Source: an uncultured Christensenella sp.
GTDB taxonomy: Bacteria; Bacillota; Clostridia; Christensenellales; UBA1242
Assembly (NCBI GenBank): GCA_964368745.1
Contig: CAYJCT010000001.1
Location: forward strand, 1-28,997
Direction: 5' to 3'
Length of the DNA: 28,997 bases
Under the pieces are notes generated by a model. The model searched no databases and was not told the DNA's origin. It saw only the letters and a program-made list of their open reading frames with translations. This document shows positions 1-13,000 of the stretch, piece after piece (position 1 is the first letter of the stretch; each line of letters starts with the position of its first letter). Both the position numbers and the translations under genes were made by a program.

Positions 1-89
1 ATTTAATATATTGTTTTTTTAAGTATTTTTTATCATTATCATTTTTTTTAGTTTTCCACTTGTTGTTTTATAATTTTTATTCATCGGCT

Positions 90-959
90 TTATTTTTTTT
101 TATTGTCCACATTACTAATGTGCAAATACTCTTTTGCCCTGTTTGCCTTTGCCTCTGCTCGCACGCGCCCAATCACAAAATCCCCAGCATTCACATCTTT
201 GGTCACGGTGGTGCCTGCCGCCACAAAACAATTGTCGGCAAGAACAAGCGGTGCCACAAGATTGCAGTTGGAGCCCACAAAACAATTGTTGCCTACAGCA
301 ATTTTTTGCTTTGTCTTGCCGTTATAGTTCACAAATATCACTCCGCAACCAATGTTGCAATTGTTGCCAATGCTTGCATCTCCCACATACGCATGATGAC
401 TGACCTTGCTGCCACAGCCAATTGTGCAGTTTTTAAGTTCCACAAAATTTCCAATTTTGCAATTTTCGCCCACATAACAATTGGGTCGCATACGCGAAAA
501 AGGTCCAATCTTGCACCCACTCTCCACAATGCCCGACTCCACTATTGAGTGCTCAATCTCCACAGAGTCGTGCGCAGTGAAATTGGTTATTTGATTGTTT
601 GCACCCACCACACAATTTTCTCCAAAACGAGTAGTGCCAAAAATCATGTTAAAATGTTGAACCACACAACTCGGCCCAATTTCCACTTCTCCATCTATCA
701 CACAGTGGGAAAAAACTTCCACCGATTCATGAAGCACAACATCGCCCTTGATGATGCAGTGCGCACCCAGCACAACATTTTTTTCCAGCACCACATTGCC
801 GTCAATCACACAACCCGCCCCAACAACAACTCCATCGTGCAGTTCCACGCGTCCTAAAAAGGTTGCGCTAGGATGAATGCAAATTTTGCCTTTCAGCCTT
901 AGTTTGCTTATCCCCCTAACACCCCTTAACTTTAAAATTAGCTCTCTTAACCATAACAT
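90..959 (-). CDS. glmU: GlmU-like glucosamine-1-phosphate N-acetyltransferase domain only (left-handed beta-helix), lacking the N-terminal uridyltransferase domain; 289 aa
   Basis: The C-terminal two thirds carry the GlmU acetyltransferase motifs in order: IGPFSRMRP, IGNFVELKN, SKVSHHAYVGDA (catalytic His motif), NIGCGVIFVNYNGKTK, FVGSNCNLVAP, VAAGTTVTKDV. Hexapeptide repeats run throughout. There is no nucleotidyltransferase domain. The start is uncertain because no SD lies before ATG 959. Confidence 0.85.
   Translation of the reverse strand: MLWLRELILKLRGVRGISKLRLKGKICIHPSATFLGRVELHDGVVVGAGCVIDGNVVLEKNVVLGAHCIIKGDVVLHESVEVFSHCVIDGEVEIGPSCVVQHFNMIFGTTRFGENCVVGANNQITNFTAHDSVEIEHSIVESGIVESGCKIGPFSRMRPNCYVGENCKIGNFVELKNCTIGCGSKVSHHAYVGDASIGNNCNIGCGVIFVNYNGKTKQKIAVGNNCFVGSNCNLVAPLVLADNCFVAAGTTVTKDVNAGDFVIGRVRAEAKANRAKEYLHISNVDNKKK
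693..854 (-). repeat. Three additional 18-aa left-handed beta-helix coils in the GlmU-like protein
   Basis: GRVELHDGVVVGAGCVID / GNVVLEKNVVLGAHCIIK / GDVVLHESVEVFSHCVID precede GEVEIGPSCVVQHFNMIF, the point where similarity to canonical GlmU (recalled B. subtilis sequence) begins. Confidence 0.7.
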
Positions 960-1096
960 ATTTTTATATATGTTGCGGTAACTTTTTTTGTGACAGAGTT
1001 TATTTATGAGATATGAGATTGTTTTATGATAATTAAATTAAATGTGCTCACCTTAATAAAAATTTTTCAACTATTACAGATTTTATGTCCCTATAT

Positions 1097-4000
1097 TTAA
1101 TAATGATTTAATGTGTATCTTACATAACCCTGAACAGGATTTCCAGGAAGAGGAGGAACTTCTATTATCAAATCTCCACCTTCATCATACCAATTATAAA
1201 CAATAGAATAACTTCCTGCTGAATATTTCAATACATTAACCTTTGCAATAGCGCCACGATTGAAAGGGAAATCGTTCATTTTCACTTCAATTCTCTCCGA
1301 CTGCCATTCTGAGTTCTTATTACAGAAAAATATTCTGTTTATTGAAAGGTCTAATAAGTTGCCCGAGGTTAACGATCTAGTATTTGAGACATTTTGATTA
1401 GAATTTATAAAAAGGTAAGAGAAATAATCTGCAGGAAAGGTTAAAAGTGTTGTATCGGAAGAATTTTTTAGATAACTCAAGTCACCTGATCTATGAACAT
1501 AGTATATACTTCCATCATTTAACTCAAACTCAACCCTGTCAGTAGTTTCTAGTTTAAAAGCAATGGAATAATATTTTAATTCCCAACGCGCATGAACAGT
1601 TCGATTAGATGTTTCATCCCAATTGTTTAAACTATTTCCACTTTCGTCTGTATATTTCTTACCCCCCGATGTAGTTTCATACCAGCCCTGGAATGCATAA
1701 TATTGCATCTCCGGAACTTCAATCTCATACGACTCACCATATATAACCGTTTTTGTAGTGTTTCCGCTTGGAATGGTTCCTCCATTTGGATTTAGGGTCA
1801 AGGTAAACTGATTCAAACTTGCCCGTGCCTGAAGTGTGCGGTTACTTGTGACGGTGAACAAATAACTGGTAGAAGTTGAAACTCTTGTGCCTCCCTCATA
1901 CCAACCATCAAATTCATATTCACTGCCCGCATATTTAACTGCAACAACCGTGTGCGACGCACCATGCTTAACTATTGCACTTATTGGAGAAACGCTTGTA
2001 ATGTAACTTCCTGCTTGTGCAGTAATCGTATAGGTTATTCTAGTGTAATACAATTTCAAAACCAACTCAACGCCGTCTTCGTTTACTGTACCACTGGTGT
2101 TGCTTATTTCTGAATTAAATGTAAATCCAGTTCTGGTCAACGGTGTAACACTCACAAGTTCACCAGGCTGCGCCCATATAGTTTCAGAAGACTTCTCCGT
2201 ATAATTAGAATTGTAAATATTTTCTTCATAAATAATTATTTTATAACTAGTGGTGGCTGTTTCTTTCAACTTCCAAACAGCATAAATTTGGATTGTTTCT
2301 CCGTCTGTGAAGTGTTGTCCTAGACTTTTATAATTAGGATAGTACCAATCCATAATCGTGTTAAAATTTACAGAGACATACAAGTTGGAAGTGTCCACTA
2401 CTCCACCTGCCATCTTAGCCCATCCCAAAAAGTCATACATATCATCATTATTGTGATCAACCAACCTAAACTCATTTGACTTTAGGGTTTGACCATCATC
2501 ATAAACAAAGTTTTGCTGAGACATGTTGCCCAACAACTTTGCATAATAATTTTCCGCATTAGAATTGAAATTGACAATGTAGGTGCGTGGCTCGAAATAT
2601 GCATATAGGTTTACTTCTGATATTGTGCTGAAAACGGTGTAGGTTCCGTCCGACACAAACACATTTGGATGACCGCTTAATGCTCCGTGCGGAATGGTGG
2701 TCCAGTACCCATAACTGGTGTAGCCAAACTTGTAGGTGGATGCAAACTGCTGGCTTTCCCCTTGAGAAATGTTTGAGATGGTTGCGCTGAACGCATCCGT
2801 TTCCTCTTTTTCTGCATTGTTAGACACAAATTTTATAGAAAAATTAGATGTGAAATCTATTTCGTAATATAGATGCGGCGAATAGATATGGTAGACCACG
2901 CCGTCCACTTGTACTTCTGCAAATGCCATCACCCACATGCTACTTTGGTCAAAAGTGAAGCCAGAGTAAGTGTCTTTATTTTGCATTTCTGACCTACTTT
3001 TTGCTCCCGATGAAGAAATGTAACCACCGCCTGCTATGTTTGAAACAGTGTTGTCCCAATAAATACTACTTGTTACAAGCATTCCTGTTGCCTTATGCCC
3101 AATCAGCCCACCTTTGTAATTATCTGCAATTAACTGACCGAAGTTATAAACCTTATTAATAGTAACATCTGTGCTATACCCAATTAATCCGCCCAAATAA
3201 CCTGAAGCATGGCTGCTTTCCACAACACCAATGTTATAACTATTTGTTGCAGTCATTGATGAAGATGAATAGCCCACCAATCCGCCCACATAGTTTTTGC
3301 CTTTTATGCTGGCCTTATTAAAGGACTCCTCAATGGAAACACTTGCATCACTCTGCCCCACAAGACCGCCAGCATAGGCTGAGTTATTTTCATTGGAGGC
3401 AACAATTTCTGCCGTGTTACTCACTTTATCTAAAATTAATTGTGCGCTTGTTTTTCCCACAACTCCGCCCGCAACAGCAGTTACGCCACCCGCTGAGGAA
3501 CTTGCCTCTACCTTGCCATTATTTGCAGAATAAATTGTGCCGTTATTATTTATGGTAAGTGCGCCACTTGTGTGGTTACCCACAATTCCGCCGCCAATCT
3601 GAGTTGCAACAACATCTGCGTTGTTGATAACTCCGCTAAGCGTTGAGCCTGCGCTAGATTCCAGCAATCCAATAAGTCCGCCAGCAACAACGCCTGCAAT
3701 TGTACCACCGTTTGTGCTAACATTTGTGGCAGTAACTTGAGCAAAACTTGTGCCCACAAAAGCGCCAGCACGCGCGGATGTGCAATCAATTTTAACATCC
3801 GTTAGCGTTATGTTTGAGGCGGTTATTATTCCACCATTTTCTGCTCTACCCACCAATGCTGACAGCGATGAAGTAGATGACGAACTGGTGTTTTTCATAC
3901 TGCCAAGAGAAGTGAACTCAACTTTTATATTTTCAACTGTTAAAGTTCCTTCAGATTTTGCAACAAGCGCTGCTATGTTTTGATAGTCTCTTTCAATAAG

Positions 4001-7000
4001 TTTATTTATTATCACAGTAACATTATTTATGTTTGCGTTTTCCGTTACTCCAAACAAACCTAAATTTTCGCCGTCTCTCGACGCGAAAGCGCTCACAGTA
4101 AACTCAATGCCGTTTCCATTAAACCTTCCCTTATATGAAAAGTTTTTGGAACCAAGCGCTATATTTGTGTTCATTTCAATGCTACTAATTTCACTATCGT
4201 CTACATTAACATTCACATTTGGATTTTCATCGTCCACAAAAGGTGATGCTCCCAGCCTCCTATTTTGCAAGAACACAATTTTGCTGTAGTCCGCCTCACT
4301 TGCAAGTGTGTAGTAGTTGCTGCCATTAAGACTAGGTTTTGCAATTGCGAAATAAACAACCTGCGGTCTGCCTGCCACAACTTCAAACACGCTACATTCT
4401 GTAAACTCAATAGGTGCGTCTCCACTGCCCACACTGGTGCCATCTAAAATGTAACTATCAGCATTTATTGCCATTACCACTTTTCCGATTTCATTATTGC
4501 CAATTAAAGCAATGCTGGTGTTGCTTGAAGTGTTTTGAATTTTTGATATTACCAACTCGCTAACCGACTGCACTCCCACAATTGCACCCACCTTTGTTGA
4601 TGTGCCTGCCATATCTGTTATGTCACCATTAAACGCTGACTCATAAATTGCGCCGTAGTTTTCGCCTGCAATTCCACCTACATATTTTGAAGAAGTGTTT
4701 AAAGTTATAGTGGAAGTGGATACTGCACCCTCAATTAGTCCGTTGTTGTAGCCTGCAATACCGCCCACATTATCTGCTCCATTTGAAGCAATTGCGCCTG
4801 TGGACTGAGCAAGGAAAATGCGATTTTTCGCGTAGTAATCAACACTGACTGAAGATGAAATATCTCCTATTCCGTTGTTTAAATAACCCACAACTCCGCC
4901 ACCAAACACACCCGCGACTTGCACATTTCCTGTGTTTCTAACCCAAACAAATATGAAATACAAATCTTTTCCGCCTACGCTTCCCGATGTTGTTTTAACT
5001 TCACCCATAATGCTGGATTCTTTTGCATCGCCCACAAGACCACCCACATAAGAATTTCCCGAAACATCGCCGATGTTATAATCTTGATAAACATGGTCAA
5101 TATAGTAATACTCATATGTCTGCCTGTTTTCAGTATTGGCTGTGTTGTTATTGTTTCTGATGTTTATTTTTTGCGCTTGCCCGAACAATCCGCCCAAATA
5201 ATCACCACCCGACACGCTTCCTTCATTTAGCACTGACTGCACTTCTGTTCTGATATTTGCGTCCGTGTATGTTCCGCCCACAATGCGACCTGCAAGACCC
5301 GCAATATAATTGCCACCACTTACATCTCCGTAATTTTTCCAATTTTCAATGCTTTCAAAACTTCCTGTAATGGTAACTTCGCCTGCAATTCCTGCAACGA
5401 AATTGCCACTGCTTGTGATGGTTGCATTGTTTATTAAATTTGCCGATAAATTTTTCGTGGCAGTGTTTTCTAGTTGCAATTTGCCAACAATTCCGCCCAC
5501 ATAATCGCCGCTTTGGTTTAAGATGTTGCCGTTGTTGGTAATAGTTCCAGAAAAGAAATTGCCACTAAAGTCACTCGAATACTCCGCGTAGCCAACAATT
5601 CCGCCTGCGTAGCCTTTGGAGGAAATCTCAAGGTTATTTGCTAAATTGCTAAACGCAACATTTTTAGCGTAGCCAACAATTGCTCCCACATACTCGTCTC
5701 CGCTCGACGCGTTGAAACCACTCGCTGCCACCGTGCCTAGTGTTAAGTTCGAAATTCTTGCCCCTTCTGCATGTCCGATTAATCCCACATAGTTGTATGC
5801 GATGTTTTCATTTTCCGTCGTTGGATATTTATTGGCATCGAACGCCGCGTAACTTATGGCTGAAAGCCCCGTTATAGAATGTCCGTAGCCTTCAATTGTT
5901 CCTTTAAAGGCATAATCTTCTGCTCCTATTGCCACCCATGCTCTGCCTGCAAAAGAAATGTTGTTCATTATTCTAATGGTTTTGCCCACAAAATCGTAAC
6001 CAAAATAGTTTACCATTCTTGCCACCCACGCCAGTTGAGATGCGTTATGAATTTCCATGATAGTCTCATTATAGTAACCAATTTCTTCAGATCCAAGAGC
6101 AACGGCTTTGGAATAAATTTTTGGATTTTCTTCAGGATTTCCACCTTGATAAGTTGGCAAAGATGAGTGGTCGATCCAATAGTCCATGTTTATCATAAGC
6201 ACGGGATATTCGTTATTGCTTGTGTCTCTACCCCAAACAGATTCCCATGCAAAGCCTGCCCAAGCCTGTTCTCTAAACTCATTTAGTGAGCCTTCTTCTT
6301 CCTTATCGTTCTTATAGTCTGTGGCAGTTATTTTTTCGTCATCAGCGCCGTAAGACACTCCGCCTTTTGAAATCGAATATAGAAAGTTTATATTCTTGTC
6401 AAAGTTTCCTCCACTGTAAACTCCCACAAATTTGTTAATCTGCGTGGAGTTATACGCATAGTTGATACCCAAACTTGTGCCACTCATTTCGCCAATAAAA
6501 CTGCCCACATTGGTGCCTGAAACATTGGCGCTATTTTTAATGTCGTCATTTTCTATTTCGCCATAAACTCCAAGATCCACATAATAGTCAGTGTCGCCGT
6601 TTGAGTTGTAAGAATTTTCTATCACTGTTACACCGCTTGCAATTCCCACAATTCCGCCTGCAACAGATGCTGAAACTCGCCCTTGATTTGCGCTCATCTC
6701 CACTTTTAGTAACGCATTTGCAAGTCCTACAATTCCTCCCGCGAAAGAAGTAATATCTGAATCAGTAGAGTATCCCAAAATGTCGCCATTGTTTTCGCTC
6801 ATGCTAACTGTTAGTGGCGCATTTGCAAGTCCCACAAGACCTGCGCGCGCACCCGCTATTTGAACAGAGTTATATGCGTACTGAGTGTTTAATCCGTCTT
6901 GGTCATTAATTACACTAAACCTTTCAGTTAGCACATTTTCCAACACATAAGTGTTGGTTTCCTGCGCTGTATTTAACACCACATGAGCCACCACACCTGC

Positions 7001-10000
7001 GCTACCAGTGCTGCTAGTGGAAATGATTTTAGCGTTCACCAGTGTCACATCTTTAATGTTCACATTCTCGCCATATCTGCCCTCAATATATTTAACCGCT
7101 TTCACATAGCCAAACAAGCCTGCCACATCTCCGCCAATGCATGCGATGTTTTTAATGGTGAATCCGTCACCGTCAAAAGCGCCTGCAAAAGGATGTGTTA
7201 CTGTACCTATTGGCGTCCATAGTTTGCCTCCAAGGTCGATGTCATTCATTAGTTTTATTACGCCGTTGGTGCTAAATCCGCCACTGTTCACAAGATTTGC
7301 AACATACGCAAGCCCTTCAGCCGTGCCAACTTCATAAACAAAATTTCCATCCACAATTCGTACATTAACCGATTGTGTAAAGTTGCTCCACAGATAGTCA
7401 GCGTGAACATCTTTATCATACCAATTTCCCGTGATTTCTGCCAGCTGCCATCTCAACATTGGCATACCGTGGTTCACTTTTTGTCGGTCGCTCTCGTCCA
7501 TATTTTTGTCTATTGCAAACACAATCCATCTGTTTTCAAAGTCGAGATTTGCCTTTGTGTTAGTACCGTCGAAATAGTTCGACAAGTCGCGCGCTGCGTC
7601 CACTCCCACAATTGCTCCGCTGCTTTTACCATTTGAATCAAAATACTCAAAAGTGTCGTCCGCGTTGTCGTCAAATAAAACATAAACATCTCTTAACGCT
7701 GAGTCGTCCAAACTAACAGGTAACAACTCTGATGTCGACACGATTTGACTCGTTATCAACCTGCCCGCTTTTATACCGCTAGCACTTCCCGTTAGCAACT
7801 TTGAATTTATAAGCAGCCCAGAATTTGTTTGAACTGAGAAATTATTTGCGCTAGCGTAATTTATTATTCCGTTGTTTGTGCCCACAATTTTTGCTATTGT
7901 GGTATTTGAAACGGTGGATATTATTCCGTTGTTTATACCAATCACATTGCCCGAATGCGTTGCTGCAATGATTTTTAGTCCATACACAAAAGACACTTTG
8001 TCCATCGACGAAATCAAGTTGTTGCCAATGCTTCCAAACGATATGCTTAAAGATTGTGCTTCATTGTAATAAATCGACTGACCCTTTAGTTGAATGTTCA
8101 ACTCGGCGCTAAGAGTGATGGACGACCCACCCTCATATATAACCGCTTTTATAACCGCTTCGTCTGCGGGATTGATAAATTCAGCCAACTGAGAATAACT
8201 TGTAGCAATGCTTGGTCGCTGATATGTGCCCTCACTTTGAATGGTTAAAAATAACTCTTCGTTTTCTTCTGTTACCACGCTGTTATCCAACCATATAAGC
8301 AGTGGAAAACTTTTTCCGTTTTCGCTTAGTTTCCAATAACCCGCATCAAATTCGCTTAAAGTATTTTCGTTTGCCAGCATTTCGTCCACGCCCAGCACAC
8401 GACCAAAATTGTTGGAATACGAGTTTGTTTCTGCCAAATATATGGCGTCATCAAACACATCTGCGCTGAAATTTGCACTGTCCACTGCTCCCACAACTCC
8501 GCCATAAAAACTGTCAGATGAGGTTTTAAACAAGTCGTAATAGTCACTATCAAACGCTTGAACTTTGCTTATGGAATAAACATTTTCTATTTTCAATATA
8601 CTGTTTAGTTTATCAGTGGATGTGTGAACAACCGCTCCTAACAGTCCGCCCACTTTGTTTTCGTTATATTCGCCCGTCTCGTTCACAAATCGCACTTTTA
8701 AATCGCCTGTGGAATAGGAATTGGAAATTTCCGATTGAGTGGATGTTGTGGATTCTTCATCCACCGTTAATATGCCCACAAGACCGCCCACAAGATTTTC
8801 TGAGTTGTTGTTATTTTTTACTTCAATGTCTGTGTTGGAAACGCTTGCATTCAGTTTTGGATTTAATGCGTGTCCCAGCACGCCACCCACATTGGAAGAT
8901 GCAAAATCGCCGTCAATAACAACGGCGCCCATCGCCGCAATTTGTGAGATATTTGCATTTTTGCTATATGCCACAACTCCGCCAATGTTTACATTTTCGC
9001 CCGTTCCAGCAAGAGAAATGTTTGCATTTGCATAAAACAACTTGCTTGCTTTCACATTTTCTGTGATGTTTGCCACAACTCCGCCAATGTTAAGCACCGC
9101 TGCATCATTGCTATCCACATTAATATTTCCTACAAATGTTAGTTGCAATATTTCCGAACTGGCTGCATCTATATGGTCGGCAATACCAATCACACCGCCC
9201 ACATTAATCTCACCGATGTTGTTGCTATCAATTGAAATGTCCGCTTCAATGTTTAGATTGGAAATAGCATGCGCTCTAAACTCTTTGTCTGCGTCTAGCG
9301 CGTCCCCAGCCAGTGTGGTTGCCACACTTCCGATTGCGCCGCCAATAAACACATTGTTTTGTTCCGCTTTGGTTTGAGTGTAGGTTATGTTTGCGTCTTG
9401 CACCATGCAATTGGTAACCACGGCAGCATCTTCTGTTGAAGCAAAATTCACATAGCCTGCAATACCACCCACCATTAGGATGTTTTTAATGGTGGAAATG
9501 CCTATGCTTTCACCACCGTTGTCCACGATGATGTCAGAAGAAATCAGTTTCGAGTTTTCTATCACACCTTCATTTTTTCCCACAAGTCCGCCAATCATCA
9601 CGGCGTTTTCGATTGTGGCGCCAGTAGCGACTGCACTAATCTTTGCCTCCACTGACCCATCCACAAACTCCACATTGTCAAAGGTTATTTTTTGTGTCCA
9701 GCCCACAACTCCGCCTGCTCCCACCTCTTTGGTGTGGAAGAGAGAATTGTTTGCGCGCACATGAACATTTGACAGTTTTGCGTTTGTCAACTCACCATGA
9801 ATCTGGTTTTCCATAACTCCCACAAGTCCGCCCACATACACTCCGTCGGAATATTCACCACCAGACTGAACTATTAAATCTTTAACTGCAAAGAGCGTTT
9901 CATCTAACTCTTCGGAATACACAAAATCGCAATTTTCAGCATAGCCTGCAATTGCGCCAACGGCTTTAGAGTTGGTACCACTGATGATAGACTGGTCATC

Positions 10001-13000
10001 TTTTCCATATATATAGATATTTTCAAACAGAGTATTTCTTGCCTCGCCTGCAAGCACACCCACATGCTGCACATTTGATGTGTTAATAGAAGAAACTTCA
10101 ATTTCAAATGATTTGAATGTTGCATTTTCTACATTTGCAAATAATCCAAATGAATTAACGCCATAAATTTCTGCTTCCATACCTGTAAATTTATAATTGT
10201 TTAATTCGCCTGTTTCATAATTCCTACTACTTTGCAAAGTTCCAGTGAAGGGATTGTCTTTTGAGTTTAGAGGAACCCAACTTTCGCTAACCATATCAAT
10301 GTCATTCATAATAATATATGTTGCATCTGGTCGCTCTTCCGTGTTGTCTATTAAATCGGAAATGGTATGTACATAAATAATTTCGGTGGTGGTTTGATAT
10401 TTTATTTTTGGGAAAGGATAGGTGGAAATAAGACTGCGACGAAGGGTGTCTTTCAAGTCTTGAGCGCCGTTCATCACAACTCCGTTCCAGAATTTTTCTC
10501 TCCAGTTGTTGTAAACAACAGAACGCCAATGAGTGGTTGACGAAAACACATTGCCCGAAACTCCCGCCACACTTTCCATTGCCACATCGCCGTTTCCTGC
10601 CACGCGCGCGCCTGTTACATGATTTGTGACGCGCGACGGCATAGTGTCTGCCGTTTCTGCCTGAATATAAACACCCTGCAAAAACTCTCTGATAGTTCTA
10701 AGCGAGCCAAAGTTTTGCATGCGCGAGAATCGATAGATTGTGTCAATCGCCGTTTTGCTGTGGTATATTAAATTGCCATTATCTAAATGGGTTTTTAAGT
10801 CGGTTGCATCAATAAATGTGGCGCCGTTTTCCATTGTTCCAAGATTGCGCAAGCCCGAATAAAATATGTCTCCCACCGAGTATGTGCCAAACGCTGTGGT
10901 CACTTGATAGTAAATATACATTTCTTTTTCGGTTATAAGGTCGCCCGAATAAGCGTAATTTTCGTTGTTAAAAGTATACTCTGTGGAGTTTATAATTTGA
11001 TATATAAATGTAACATCCTCGCTAGCAAACCCTAGCCCAAATTCTGCTAAACTAAGCACTTCCTGTTCAGTTAGAATTTTACCTGCATCATAGTAGGTGC
11101 CAGCAACAATATCAATGTCAATTCTTCTGTTTAGCATGTAATATTTTCCGCTTTCCGTATATCTTGCATTTTGCCCCGTCTTTTCTTCCCACCTAAACTT
11201 ATTGGTGTTGGCGTTTCCAATTTCATCCAGCGCTTGGTTAGTGGAGCCTGATTTGTAGGTGTACATAAAATAGATGTTTTCGTTTTTCACGCGTTGAGAA
11301 ATGTCGTTGCCCACTCCGCTAAACCATTCGTCAAAATTCTTTCCTAGCACGGTGGAGTTTCCAATGAACGACCCTATTTGTGCAATGCTTGCGTCGATGT
11401 TATAATTTTTTCGGTTTATCACTTTGTGAGGCGCTTTCCACATGTTTGCGCTAACTAATGAACGCACATTTACTTTATTGCTGCCCACCACTGCAGTCGA
11501 CATATCACTCATGTCTCCTTGATTTGCGATGTGGTAGATATATTGTGCCGTTGCATAATTTTTACTGTTACCCTCGCCACTTTCTAGCGCATCGCCATCA
11601 AACATGGTTTGCAAACCAACACTGCCGCCATACGCTACAAACGACCAAACGCTTGCGGTGGTGTAAACATTTTCTAAGTTCACGCCCACACTCAGCCCCA
11701 CAAGACCGCCAGCATATTTTGCGTTTATGTTTGCAACATCCACGCGGTTAAATGTGAATGTCAATTTTGAATTGTGAGAAATACCCACAACACCACCCAT
11801 ATAATGAGGGTTTCCGTCGTATAGAGATGTTGCCTCCGTTATGGTGGATGGCAAGTTTAAATAGAAATTTGCTGTGGTTTTGTTGGTTGGAGTAATGGCG
11901 TCGATCTGCCTAATAATCTCGTCATCAATGTCTTTTTGATTTTCGTTTTCCACATAACTTCGAGTAATGGTGCCCACGCTATGCCCCACAAGTCCACCTG
12001 CCACTGCAGACGCAATCAAACGCATATCTGGTGACACCAAAAGTTTTGAGTCGTTTAGTATGGCTTTGCTGCCCACAAACCCAAACAGTCCGCCCACCAC
12101 TTCGCCTTGAATGGAAATTGCACCGCGCACCACATTGCCACTGGTGTTAACATCCGCCTCGCTTCCCTCCACCGCGCTGGTGTTGAGAATGCCCGCAATT
12201 CCGCCCGCATAAGACACGGCTGAAACATTATCGCCCGTGAACAACATAAATTCGTGAACAATATATCTGCCCATGTCGGGGTTAAATTCTTTGTTTATTG
12301 GTCGAGAACTAGAGTAGGTGTTTGCGGTGTTGAACAGGTTGGCTTTCACTGAAACCGAACTGTCGATGTTTTGAATTAAACTGGTGCCTGTAACCAATCC
12401 TGCAAGACCGCCCACTGCGTTTAGCCCCGACACTACCACCTGCTCACCCGTGATTGTGATGTTGTAAATATAGGCGCTTTCAATTATACCTGCAAGTGCG
12501 CCCACATATTTCACGCCCGAACCTTTGATTTCTTCCACCTCGATGTTTAGGTTGCGCACATTGCCAATTTTACCTGAACTATCTTTATAAACACGAGAGA
12601 AAATTCCCAGCGTGTCAATTTTTTTGCCGTCAATTGAACCTAATTCCGCAATCAATTTCAATTCTTCAATGGTCATGCCGTTGCCTTCCAAATCGCCCGA
12701 AAAACTAATATTGTAGGTTTGTGGAGTGATGCCTTCTTCCTCAAATGAAATATCTTTTACCATACGCAAGTTACGGTTTTGGGTGTCGATTGTGGCCTTG
12801 CCCTCGCTATCTATTTGCGCCACAAATCCGTTGAAATCAAATGCAGAGTCAATGATATATGGGTTAAGCACGCTTGCGCCATATGCAATGGAAATGCCTT
12901 TCATGTTTTCCAGCACGCTACTATAACTATATGAACTGCTACTATTTGGGTCCACTTTGTTGCGGGAGTTTATTGCGGTTATTAGCACCGACAAAATAGT

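Noticed and set aside
90-1096. glmU pseudogene by frameshift or truncation
   Set aside because: No uridyltransferase remnant upstream. The ORF is intact, keeps the active-site motifs and has extra regular coils.
1097-1600. DGR variable region or polymorphic toxin C-terminus
   Set aside because: No reverse transcriptase, template repeat, AAY-rich variable region, toxin motif or small immunity gene is visible.
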